Shown in pieces: positions 9,384 through 18,316 of a DNA stretch of 64,000 bases. The position numbers and the translations under genes are program-made. Location of the stretch: NCBI GenBank assembly GCA_963674735.2, contig CAXXQS010000002.1:768001-832000 (forward strand). Direction: 5' to 3'. Source of the stretch: Myxococcota bacterium. GTDB lineage: Bacteria; Myxococcota_A; SURF-8. The notes beneath the pieces are model-generated. The model worked only from the letters and a program-made list of their open reading frames with translations, ran no database searches and was not told the DNA's origin. Numbering within the stretch: the first letter of the stretch is position 1; every line of letters starts with the position of its first letter.

Positions 9384-10649
9384 ATGTCTGTCCGTTGGCT
9401 TGCACGATCGTTCATGCTTTTTGCCCTGTCGCTTGCCGTCTGGGCTTGCGCGGATGCCGGTCTGACCGTTACAGATGGCGACAACGGCACGTCGACTGAA
9501 ACCGATTACGACTTCACCGAGATTCCCGATGGCGATACCCCACCCGATGGCGACCCCGAGGCGTCCCTGCCCGATGGAGACATTCCGATCGACGGCGACC
9601 CGGACGTGCTTCCCGATGGCGATCTCGACGACGTCGAACCGGACCTCGACCCCGAGGTGGACGTGGAAGGCCCCGCCGAACACGACACCGATCTCGACGC
9701 CGAACCGGCTCCCGAAACCGATGGCGATGCGTTTGTCGATTACGAGCCCGATTTCGAGGCGGGTGGCCTTTATGTCGGCACCGAAAATCCTTACTCCTTA
9801 GCCCTCATGGATACCGCCATTTACGACGTGGCCAAGGACACACAAGGAGCCCCGGTCGCGATGAAAATTTTCACCCCGGCCGAGGAAGGTGAATACGCGG
9901 TTATCGTCTATCAGCACGGTTTTCTGATGGCCAACCACTACTACACCACCCTGCTCAATCACATCGCCTCACATGGCTTCATCGTCGTGGCTCCACAGAT
10001 GTATACCGCCGGTCCGATTCCAATCGGTCAACCCACGGCTTACGAAGAAGCGGCGCTGGCGCTTTCCCTGTATGAGTGGCTGCCGGATCATCTAAACGGC
10101 TATGCACGGGTGACGGCCCGCATGGACCGTCTGGGGTTGTCGGGGCATTCCCGCGGCGGCAAAGTGATCTGGATCGTTCTTAGCGAGCACCCCGAGCTCG
10201 CCGACGCGGTGGCGGGAGTGGATCCGGTAGACGGCCAGGGCGGACCGCTGGGTGGCGAGGAACGCATCATCGACGGCGCCTTCGACCTCGACTTTCCCAG
10301 TCTTATTTTGGGAACCGGGCTCGGTCCGCTTGCGGCAAGTATCTTTTCCCCGGCCTGTGCACCGGAAGGCGACAACCACGAACAGTTTTACGCCGCCAGT
10401 CCATCGCCCGCCTTCCACGTGATCGCACCGGAATACGGCCACAACGACATGCTGGAAGATGCCCCGATCGGCTGTACGGTGGAATGCACATCCTGCCTCG
10501 CCGGGCCGTCGCGCGCGCCGATGCGCACGCTGACCGCCGGACTGCTGGTGGCCTTTTTCCGCGCCACATTGCAAGGCGATGTCCAGGCATTCGACTATTT
10601 GACCGATACCCAATCCGCCCCCATATCGGTGACGGTGGAAACCAAGTAA
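9384..10649 (+). CDS. Lipoprotein with a DGD-repeat linker and a chlorophyllase-family alpha/beta hydrolase domain
   Basis: Lipobox LAVWAC; HGF, HIASHGFIVVAPQ, GHSRGG nucleophile, DPVDG, YGHNDML (chlorophyllase-like triad context); RBS GAGGAG at 9371. Confidence 0.82.
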   Translation: MSVRWLARSFMLFALSLAVWACADAGLTVTDGDNGTSTETDYDFTEIPDGDTPPDGDPEASLPDGDIPIDGDPDVLPDGDLDDVEPDLDPEVDVEGPAEHDTDLDAEPAPETDGDAFVDYEPDFEAGGLYVGTENPYSLALMDTAIYDVAKDTQGAPVAMKIFTPAEEGEYAVIVYQHGFLMANHYYTTLLNHIASHGFIVVAPQMYTAGPIPIGQPTAYEEAALALSLYEWLPDHLNGYARVTARMDRLGLSGHSRGGKVIWIVLSEHPELADAVAGVDPVDGQGGPLGGEERIIDGAFDLDFPSLILGTGLGPLAASIFSPACAPEGDNHEQFYAASPSPAFHVIAPEYGHNDMLEDAPIGCTVECTSCLAGPSRAPMRTLTAGLLVAFFRATLQGDVQAFDYLTDTQSAPISVTVETK

Positions 10650-10691
10650 TGGATTTTGCCAAGTTCGCATAACGCAACAGGCGAGGTGAGC

Positions 10692-11333
10692 ATGGAAATC
10701 AAGGATTTTCTCGTATCGCGGCGGTCCACCCGCTTTTTCGATCCCTCCCGCCGCATCGACGAAAGCACGCTTCGGCGCATCCTCGAACAAACCCTCAATG
10801 CACCCTCCAATTTCAACTTGCAACCCTGGCGCTACATCCTGGTCACCTCGCCCGAGGGAAAACGACGGCTTTTCGAAACGGCCGCTCGACAACAGAAGGT
10901 GCACGACGCCTCGGCCATCCTGATTGTATGCGGCGACACCACCTGCTGGCGCGAAGCAGAACGGATGGCCGACGACATGGTCGAAAAAGGTTACTTCCCG
11001 GCCGAAGCGCGCCAGGGCTATTTGAATCTGGTCCGCGCCCGCTATAAAGACGCACCGCAAGCCCGCGACACCGTCCTGCGCGACGTCATGATGGCGGCTA
11101 CCCTGGTGATTGCGGCAGCCGCCGATGAAGGGGTGGATGCAACACCGCTTTCCGGTTTCGATCCGGCCGGGTTGTCTAACAGCTTCGGGATTCCGGACGA
11201 GGTGTTGCCCGTCCTGCTGATCGCGCTCGGTTACGCCCGTAAAGCCGATCCGCCGCGTGCTCGACGCAAGGAACTGGCCGACGTGTTGTGTGTGGAGTCC
11301 TGGACGCTACCCGTTGCGGGAAAAAAGGCCTGA
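10692..11333 (+). CDS. Nitroreductase family protein
   Basis: RRSTRFFD, APSNFNLQPWRY, LSGFD, LIALGY. Confidence 0.92.
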   Translation: MEIKDFLVSRRSTRFFDPSRRIDESTLRRILEQTLNAPSNFNLQPWRYILVTSPEGKRRLFETAARQQKVHDASAILIVCGDTTCWREAERMADDMVEKGYFPAEARQGYLNLVRARYKDAPQARDTVLRDVMMAATLVIAAAADEGVDATPLSGFDPAGLSNSFGIPDEVLPVLLIALGYARKADPPRARRKELADVLCVESWTLPVAGKKA

Positions 11334-11359
11334 CTCGCCTTCCCGGCAAATCAGGCCTT
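11325..11359. terminator. Hairpin between convergent genes
   Basis: AAGGCCTGA...TCAGGCCTT inverted repeat. Confidence 0.45.
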
Positions 11360-11391
11360 CACATGCTGAAAAGAAACGGGACTCGAACTCC

Positions 11392-12846
11392 CTAAATCTG
11401 CACACCAACCACAAACCCGGGGGCGAGACGCACACTGGTGTCGGCGTAACTGCCCACCTTGAACTGCGGCAAAAAGCTTGCGTCTTTGTGTGACAAGCCA
11501 TCCGCTTCATACCACGAGACGTTCAGCGTCGGTCCGAAGATCAGCGCCACCCGCTCATCAACCTGCCACCCAGCCAACACGCGCCATTTGGACATATAGG
11601 CCGCTTCGCTGAAATCGTCGGTGGCATTGATACGCAGCGTCAGAATATCCGTATCGATGAACCAGCGTTCGTTAATGGGAATATGACCGCCCAAGCCCAT
11701 CCCGTATTGCAAGGTACGCTCGGCCACCAGCGGCTGCATACCGATCGTGTAGATGTTGTAAATATAGCGACTACCGAGCTTGAGTCCCATATTCACCACG
11801 GCGGTATCGCTACTCCAGAAATTGCCATGCAACATCCCTTTTTTGACGATGGACAAAAGCCCGATCGGCACGTCGACGTCGTCGGCGTAGTTTACCAAGC
11901 CCAGCTGCAAACCCCGATGGCGGCCGGTATCCACATTCACCAGACCGATTTGCGCCGCCCGTGCCTGTTCTACAGCCGCCACATTCACCAGACCAAGCTG
12001 TGCGCCGGTAAATCGGTCACCGCTGACCACATGCACCAAACCGAATTGCAAGCCTTTCAAATCGTGGGCATGGGTGACCAGACCGGTCTGCAAACCGCGG
12101 ACGTCTCCCAAGGTCAACGCCAGAAGACCACTCTGCCAACCGGTAGCATCGCCTTTCGCGGCAGCAAAAACGTAACCCCACTGCACACCGGTAACATCGC
12201 CCAAAGCCAAGCTGCCGAGCCCACTCAACTGAACGCCTTTCAGGTCGCCACCAGCGTGGGTGTAAAGCCAGCCCATCTGGAGACCCACCACATCCGCCGC
12301 AACATAGTCGACCAATCCGGAGGCCGAAAGGCCCGTTACATCGTCCAGCGTGACATTCACCAGGCTCGCCGTCACTCCTTTGCTATCCCGGTGGGTGACA
12401 TTGACGAACAACGACAAAGCCAGACCGCGTAAGGCATCCTGTTCGGTCGCGAAAAATCCCAAGCTGACATTGTTCAAAACGGGACCGTCAAAGGCCGAGT
12501 TGATCTGGGCGGGCGGGAAAAGCCCGAGATTGAAAGGAACGACGTTGTATTTCAATGGCTTGGGCGATTCTTTCGACTCTCCGAGGCGGGCGCGTTCCAG
12601 TTCGGCCCGCGCTTTTTCGGCCTCGGCTTGGGCCTTTTCGGCCTCGTATCCGGCTTTCTCCATTTCCGCTTGCAAGCGCTCCATTTCTCTCACTCGCGCA
12701 TCCGGCGGTTCCGCCTCGAAATGTTCAGATGCTTGGGCCCAAGCCGTGGAAACCATTGTAACTACAAACAAAAAAGATAAGAGCAGGAGATGCGGACCCT
12801 GCTTTGACCTGCGACTATCGGAGCGTAATCTAATTTGCGTATACAT
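11392..12846 (-). CDS. Exported protein with coiled coil, ~15-aa GxQxGLVN repeats (LA_2272-like) and a C-terminal beta-rich domain
   Basis: Signal peptide ...STAWA; repeats GLQTGLVT, GLQFGLVH, GAQLGLVN, GLQLGLVN. Confidence 0.75.
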   Translation of the reverse strand: MYTQIRLRSDSRRSKQGPHLLLLSFLFVVTMVSTAWAQASEHFEAEPPDARVREMERLQAEMEKAGYEAEKAQAEAEKARAELERARLGESKESPKPLKYNVVPFNLGLFPPAQINSAFDGPVLNNVSLGFFATEQDALRGLALSLFVNVTHRDSKGVTASLVNVTLDDVTGLSASGLVDYVAADVVGLQMGWLYTHAGGDLKGVQLSGLGSLALGDVTGVQWGYVFAAAKGDATGWQSGLLALTLGDVRGLQTGLVTHAHDLKGLQFGLVHVVSGDRFTGAQLGLVNVAAVEQARAAQIGLVNVDTGRHRGLQLGLVNYADDVDVPIGLLSIVKKGMLHGNFWSSDTAVVNMGLKLGSRYIYNIYTIGMQPLVAERTLQYGMGLGGHIPINERWFIDTDILTLRINATDDFSEAAYMSKWRVLAGWQVDERVALIFGPTLNVSWYEADGLSHKDASFLPQFKVGSYADTSVRLAPGFVVGVQI

Positions 12847-13152
12847 GATGCCTCCTTAAAAGCGGCCTCGGCCGCCTGTTTTGCCTTCGCCTGAATCAAC
12901 ACCGCTCGACGCCAGAGGTGTCACCGGTCAACTTGATTCGATGCAAACAAGCCGCGTCGTCTTTTACAACAGACACCAATCCGCTCCACGTCGCAGAATA
13001 ATCGACGCACCGCAAAATATTTCACTGGTTTTCGCGATTTTCTTGCCGTTTTTTGGCATCTGTGCTCTCATCAATTGCGGCTAATCGCTATGTTTGCCTA
13101 TTATCCGATGTCGATCCCGCGATTGCCCCGATTCAAACAGCAGGAGGAAGCG

Positions 13153-14577
13153 ATGCGTTACGAGGATGTCGTCGAGCTGTGCGAAACCCACAAAATCGAA
13201 AACCTGGATTTGAAGTACGTTGACCTGTTTGGTCGTTGGTACCACCTCACCCTCCCGGCTTCGCGGCTCAACCGCGAAATCTTCGAACAAGGCGAACCTT
13301 TCGACGCCTCCAGCGTCCCCGGCTACAAATCCGTTGAATCGGGCGACATGGTCATGATCCCGGATCTCGACACCATCGAACTCGATCCCTTCTGGGCGCG
13401 TCCGACCCTATCGATGATTTGCAGTATTTTCGAGGCGGACACCAAGCAGCCTTTCTCTCGCGACCCCCGAAATGTGGCGCGCCGCGCCGAAAGCCTGTTG
13501 GCGTCCGAATGTAAAGGAGCAAAGAGTTTATGGGGGCCGGAGTTCGAATTTTACATTTTCGACTCGGTCAACGTGAAAGAAGACGTGAATACCAGTTTTT
13601 ATATGATCGATTCACAAGAAGCCGACTGGAACAGCCAGATGGACGGCCAAAACCTGGGGCACAACATCCCCGCGCAGGGCGGCTACCACGCGATCTCACC
13701 CCAAGATACCATGCACGATCTGCGGGCCGAAATGGCCGCCACGCTTGAGGAAATGAACATCCCCGTTCGCTATCACCATCACGAAGTGGGCGGACCCGGC
13801 CAAAGCGAGATCGAAACCCTGCTGGATACGTTATCCCGCATGGGGGACAACACCATGCGGGCCAAGCACATCATCAAAAATACGGCTCAACGTCACGGAA
13901 AAACCGTCACGTTCATGCCCAAGCCACTGTTCAACGAAGCGGGTAGCGGCATGCACTTTCACCAATACCTGATCGGCCCCGACGGCCAAAACCTGTTTTT
14001 GGACGAAAGCGGCTACGCCGGACTCAGCGAATTGGCCCTGTATTATATCGGAGGTCTTTTACACCATGGGCGCGCGTTGCTGGCCTTTACGAACCCCAGC
14101 ACCAACAGCTACAAACGGCTCGTACCGGGTTTTGAAGCACCGACCAAGCTGTTTTTCGGGCAGGCCAACCGCTCGGCGGCGGTGCGCATTCCCAAATATG
14201 CACTGGGACAGAAAAAACGCATCGAATTTCGCTCTCCCGATGGCACCTGCAACCCCTACTTCGCCATGTCGGCCATGCTGCTGGCGGGACTCGACGGTAT
14301 CCGAAACAAGCTCGATCCGACAAAAATGGGGATGGGGCCCTACGATATGAACGTCAGCAAGATCGCGCCGGAAGAACTCGCCCACATCCGGTCGGTCCCG
14401 TCCTCGCTCATCGAGGCCTGCCACGCGCTGGAAGACGATCACGCGTTCCTGCTCGAAGGTAACGTTTTCACCGAAGAAATCATCGAAACCTGGGTGCGCT
14501 ACAAAATCGACAACGACTATTACGCCGTACGCAACCGCCCCCACCCGTACGAGATCAAACTCTATTTCGATTCTTAG
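13153..14577 (+). CDS. glnA: Glutamine synthetase type I
   Basis: FDASSVPG, GPEFEFYIF, HHHEVG, TFMPKP, GSGMHFH, NSYKRLVPGFEAP, NRSAAVRIP, RIEFRSPD; RBS AGGAGG. Confidence 0.97.
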   Translation: MRYEDVVELCETHKIENLDLKYVDLFGRWYHLTLPASRLNREIFEQGEPFDASSVPGYKSVESGDMVMIPDLDTIELDPFWARPTLSMICSIFEADTKQPFSRDPRNVARRAESLLASECKGAKSLWGPEFEFYIFDSVNVKEDVNTSFYMIDSQEADWNSQMDGQNLGHNIPAQGGYHAISPQDTMHDLRAEMAATLEEMNIPVRYHHHEVGGPGQSEIETLLDTLSRMGDNTMRAKHIIKNTAQRHGKTVTFMPKPLFNEAGSGMHFHQYLIGPDGQNLFLDESGYAGLSELALYYIGGLLHHGRALLAFTNPSTNSYKRLVPGFEAPTKLFFGQANRSAAVRIPKYALGQKKRIEFRSPDGTCNPYFAMSAMLLAGLDGIRNKLDPTKMGMGPYDMNVSKIAPEELAHIRSVPSSLIEACHALEDDHAFLLEGNVFTEEIIETWVRYKIDNDYYAVRNRPHPYEIKLYFDS

Positions 14578-14611
14578 AGGGAACAGACAAACATTCGGAA
14601 AGACAGGCAAA

Positions 14612-14977
14612 TCAAGCCGTCACATCTTTCAGAATACGCACCAACTCCTTCGGGTCGATGGGTTTGGGGAGAAAGCGTGTCGCCCCGATTTCCAACCCGC
14701 GCTTGCGATCGGCTTCCGCACTTTTCGCCGTCAGCATAACAATCGGCGTCTGTGCGTAAGCGGGCATGGCGCGCAGTTTCTCGCAAACTTCAAAACCCGA
14801 CATACCGGGCATAATGATATCAAGCAGAAACAGTTCAAACGATTCGGCTGCCGCTTTTTCCAACGCCTCCGGGCCGTTGGTGGCGGTCATGACATCAAAG
14901 CCCTCGCTCACAAGGAGTCCTTCCACGGCAATCAACACCAGCTCATCGTCATCCGTCACCAAAATTCTACAGCTCAT
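14612..14977 (-). CDS. Stand-alone receiver-domain response regulator
   Basis: ILVTDD, LLDIIMPGMSG, LTAK, LPKP; RBS AGGAGG. Confidence 0.92.
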   Translation of the reverse strand: MSCRILVTDDDELVLIAVEGLLVSEGFDVMTATNGPEALEKAAAESFELFLLDIIMPGMSGFEVCEKLRAMPAYAQTPIVMLTAKSAEADRKRGLEIGATRFLPKPIDPKELVRILKDVTA

Positions 14978-16982
14978 GTCCATCCTCCTGTTTCGCATCC
15001 CCATTAACGGACAGATCGGCCAAGGGCAGCCGGATCGTGAAGGTCGTCCCTTCCCCCGGAGAACTGTCCACATCGATACGCCCGCGATGCTCTTCGATTA
15101 TGCCATAACAGATCGACAACCCCAAGCCGGTGCCCTTACCCACATCCTTTGTGGTATAAAAGGGTTCGAAGATCTTGTCTTGTATCTCTTTCGGAATACC
15201 AGGCCCGCTGTCGCTGATACAAATACCCACCGCCGGTTGTCCATCCAGATCCGTCAAACCCGTCGCGGCCTTCAAACGCCGATCTCCGTCAACATTTTCC
15301 AGAGCATCGCGCGCATTGGCGATCAGGTCGAGAAAAACCTGTTCGAGTTGATTGGGATCGGCCAGAACAGCCGGTAGCCCTTCGGTCAATTCCTTCTCGA
15401 TCTGGATGCCGTTGTTCATCAACTGCTGCGCGCTGATCAGGAGGGCATTATCCACCGGCAAGTTTGGATCGATGACTTCCATTTCCATGATAGTTTGGCG
15501 CGAGAATTCACGTAAGTGGTTAACAATCTTGGTAATACGGTGATTACAGCGCCTGAGAATCTCCACCCGTGGTAAAAGACTCGGGCCTTGCTCTTGCAGT
15601 TCTTTATCCAAAACGTGCAGCATCGTGGTGGAGGCCATCAACGGATTGTTGATTTCATGCGCCACGCCCGCAACCAAATCACCCAGTGCCCGCAGTTTCA
15701 TCGACTGAATCAGGTGCGCCTGCGCCTTCTTCAAATCGCCTTCAAGCTGTTTGACCTTGGTAATGTCGGAAAAAATACCCAAGGTGCCCATTTCATGCCC
15801 CTCCGCATCACGCAAAATCGAGGCTGAGGTACGGATGGGAATGGCGCCGTCGGGCCCTAAAAGCTGCATCTCGTAGCTGGTAACATTGCCTTCCTTGCGC
15901 AAAACATGCATGATTTTACGAGCTTGGTCGATCCCTCCTTCGTAAATGCCCCAAATGGGCCGCCCGATGATCTTTTCACGCCCCACCCCCAACATGCCTT
16001 CCATTCCGCTATTGGCAAAGGTAATGACGCCCTTCAGATCGGCGGTTACGATACCATCGACGGTGTTCTCCACCAAATTGCGATACCGCTCCCGGGATTC
16101 TTTCAACGCACGAGTCCGCTCCTCGACCGCCGCCTCCAGATTTTCGGTTTTTTCGCGCACCTGGTCGGCCATCCAATTGAAACTACGGGATAAAACGGCA
16201 ATTTCATGTCCACCGACAGGCATCGAAACCTGGCTCAGCAGGTCTCCTTCGGCCATACGCTCAGCCGCCTGCGCAATATTCACAACCGGCCGCGCAATCA
16301 GACGGTTCATGGCGAGGGTAAACAGCACCACGAGTAAAACACTCGCGGCAAAGAACGCGGTCATGTAAAGCTCGATCCGATCGAGGACCCCATAGACTTC
16401 TTCCTCGTAAGCCCCCGCCGCAACGATCCAGTCCCACTTCTTGAAGTACATATACTTCAGAACTTTCATGCGCGGGATCTTTTCGCCTTCCTCGACATTA
16501 CGCCACGGATAGCGGATGGTGCCCACCTCACCGGCTTTGAGATTGCCAGCTCTAGCCGTGATGGCCCGAATGAAGGCAAAACCCTTGGAATCCAGGCTGT
16601 CGATAATGTTCTGTCCGGTTTTGGCTGGATGGATGATCAGCGTACCCTTGCTGTCGATGACGTAAGGGTAACCGGTTTTGCCGACACGAAAGCTTAGAAA
16701 CACTTCCGTAAGAAAATGTAAAACATCCTTGCCCGGCCTTTCCGGATCCGACGACGATGCCTCGTAAAACGGAAGCGGTCCATGCGCAACATTCTGCGAT
16801 TGCAACTCGACGGCGCGCAGTAAATGCCGCACGACGTTGGTCAGCTCACGTTCGGATGTCTCTTTCAGGCTGCGGCTGAAGTAACCGATGGTAATCGCTT
16901 CGGAAGCTAGAAACGGCAGCAGAACCAGGACGAACAAAATGGCCAGCTGGCTGCGAATGCGCAAATGTTTGAAACGAATCAC
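14967..16982 (-). CDS. Membrane sensor histidine kinase (Cache-HAMP-PAS-HisKA-HATPase)
   Basis: Two TM helices; GKTGYPYVIDSKGTLIIHP (Cache); AHEINNPL; QVFLDLIANARDA; DSGPG; GTGLGL. Confidence 0.93.
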   Translation of the reverse strand: MIRFKHLRIRSQLAILFVLVLLPFLASEAITIGYFSRSLKETSERELTNVVRHLLRAVELQSQNVAHGPLPFYEASSSDPERPGKDVLHFLTEVFLSFRVGKTGYPYVIDSKGTLIIHPAKTGQNIIDSLDSKGFAFIRAITARAGNLKAGEVGTIRYPWRNVEEGEKIPRMKVLKYMYFKKWDWIVAAGAYEEEVYGVLDRIELYMTAFFAASVLLVVLFTLAMNRLIARPVVNIAQAAERMAEGDLLSQVSMPVGGHEIAVLSRSFNWMADQVREKTENLEAAVEERTRALKESRERYRNLVENTVDGIVTADLKGVITFANSGMEGMLGVGREKIIGRPIWGIYEGGIDQARKIMHVLRKEGNVTSYEMQLLGPDGAIPIRTSASILRDAEGHEMGTLGIFSDITKVKQLEGDLKKAQAHLIQSMKLRALGDLVAGVAHEINNPLMASTTMLHVLDKELQEQGPSLLPRVEILRRCNHRITKIVNHLREFSRQTIMEMEVIDPNLPVDNALLISAQQLMNNGIQIEKELTEGLPAVLADPNQLEQVFLDLIANARDALENVDGDRRLKAATGLTDLDGQPAVGICISDSGPGIPKEIQDKIFEPFYTTKDVGKGTGLGLSICYGIIEEHRGRIDVDSSPGEGTTFTIRLPLADLSVNGDAKQEDGHEL

Positions 16983-18112
16983 GGCACGCGTGCTCCCAAA
17001 ATGGGGAAGACCGATTGATGGAGCGCCGCCACCACGCGGTCGGCCTGCTCGCGGGCATTGGTTTTGTCTTCACCTTTGGTTTGAACCGGCGTATCACGCA
17101 AGCCCCCGATCTCGGAGCCATACATCATACCGCCGACCAACCCGGCATATTCATCCTCCGGTTCGATGCCGCACATGGCCGCAAAAGCCAAGGTCCAACA
17201 GCGCGACGTCCGGTAGATATCGTAGCCACCCCCACCCGCCGCAAACAGCTTCGGCGACTGAGCCACCAACAACTTGACCACTTCCTCATAACCGTTGTTC
17301 GTCAAACGCAGGTTGGTCAAGGGATCGGAGATCATCGTATCGGCCCCGATTTCGGCAATCACCACATCGGGTTTGAAGGCGTCGAGCAGCGGCGGCACAA
17401 CACGTTTGAAAGCATGGAGGTAAATCTCGTCGTCGGTGCGTTTGAGAAGCGGCACATTGACCGTATAGCCACGCCCCTTGCCTTCACCGATCTCCGTTTC
17501 AAACCCGGTTTGCGGATAGAAGCCCTCGCCGGACTCGTGCAACGAGATCACCAAGACTTGATCACTGTCGTAGAAAGCGTCCTGCACGCCGTTTCCATGA
17601 TGGGCGTCGATGTCCACATAAGCCACCCGCAGCCCCTTCGCGAGACAATAAGCCGCCGCGATGCCCACATCATTGACGTAGCAAAACCCTTCGGCGTGAT
17701 CCCGTCCAGCATGATGTAGGCCGCCTACCAAGTTAAAAGCACACTTGGCTTCCCCCGCAAGAACGGTCTCGACACCAGTCAGCGTCGCGCCCACCGTTTC
17801 CAGGCAAAAGTCGTATATACCTTTGAGCACCGGACAATCGGACGTCCCGATACCCGCCTCCAGCATGGCCAGATCGTGCGAGCCCAGATTGGCACGAGCC
17901 AAAATATCCAGGTAAGCCGGATCGTGAAACAACTCCAGCTCGTCGCGGGTCGCACGCCGCGGTTCGGGTCGAATAACGCCGATGGCGTAGAGTAGTCCAT
18001 GCCGATTGCACAATTCCATGGTATTGCGCGCCCGCATCGGTTTGAAGGGATGATCATCCCCATAATCGAAAGAAGCTAGGGATTCCGAGTAAATGAAAGC
18101 GGCTTCAGCCAT
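16979..18112 (-). CDS. acuC: Zn-dependent lysine deacetylase, HDAC class I/AcuC-like
   Basis: HPFKPMRA, GGLHHA, GFCYVND, DIDAHHGNG, SLHE, GADTMISDPL, GGGGY. Confidence 0.9.
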   Translation of the reverse strand: MAEAAFIYSESLASFDYGDDHPFKPMRARNTMELCNRHGLLYAIGVIRPEPRRATRDELELFHDPAYLDILARANLGSHDLAMLEAGIGTSDCPVLKGIYDFCLETVGATLTGVETVLAGEAKCAFNLVGGLHHAGRDHAEGFCYVNDVGIAAAYCLAKGLRVAYVDIDAHHGNGVQDAFYDSDQVLVISLHESGEGFYPQTGFETEIGEGKGRGYTVNVPLLKRTDDEIYLHAFKRVVPPLLDAFKPDVVIAEIGADTMISDPLTNLRLTNNGYEEVVKLLVAQSPKLFAAGGGGYDIYRTSRCWTLAFAAMCGIEPEDEYAGLVGGMMYGSEIGGLRDTPVQTKGEDKTNAREQADRVVAALHQSVFPILGARVP

Positions 18113-18316
18113 ACTCGCCTCACATCTGCTGTCGAATTAAGGCGTTCGGTACGAGAATTCAGGCTCGCCCACGCCACAGTCGGTTTCGTCGTGCGCACTC
18201 AGAATACTTCAAATCGACAATTTCGCAACTGGAATATACAATGTCTCCGTTGCAAACAGAAAACGAAACCCGACAATCCCGAGCCGAACCCCCAAAAGAC
18301 GAGGAGACACGGCAGC

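Noticed and set aside
12847-13152. sigma54/NtrC sites or a glutamine riboswitch upstream of glnA
   Set aside because: TGGCAT is present but lacks TTGC at the right spacing; no consensus match by eye
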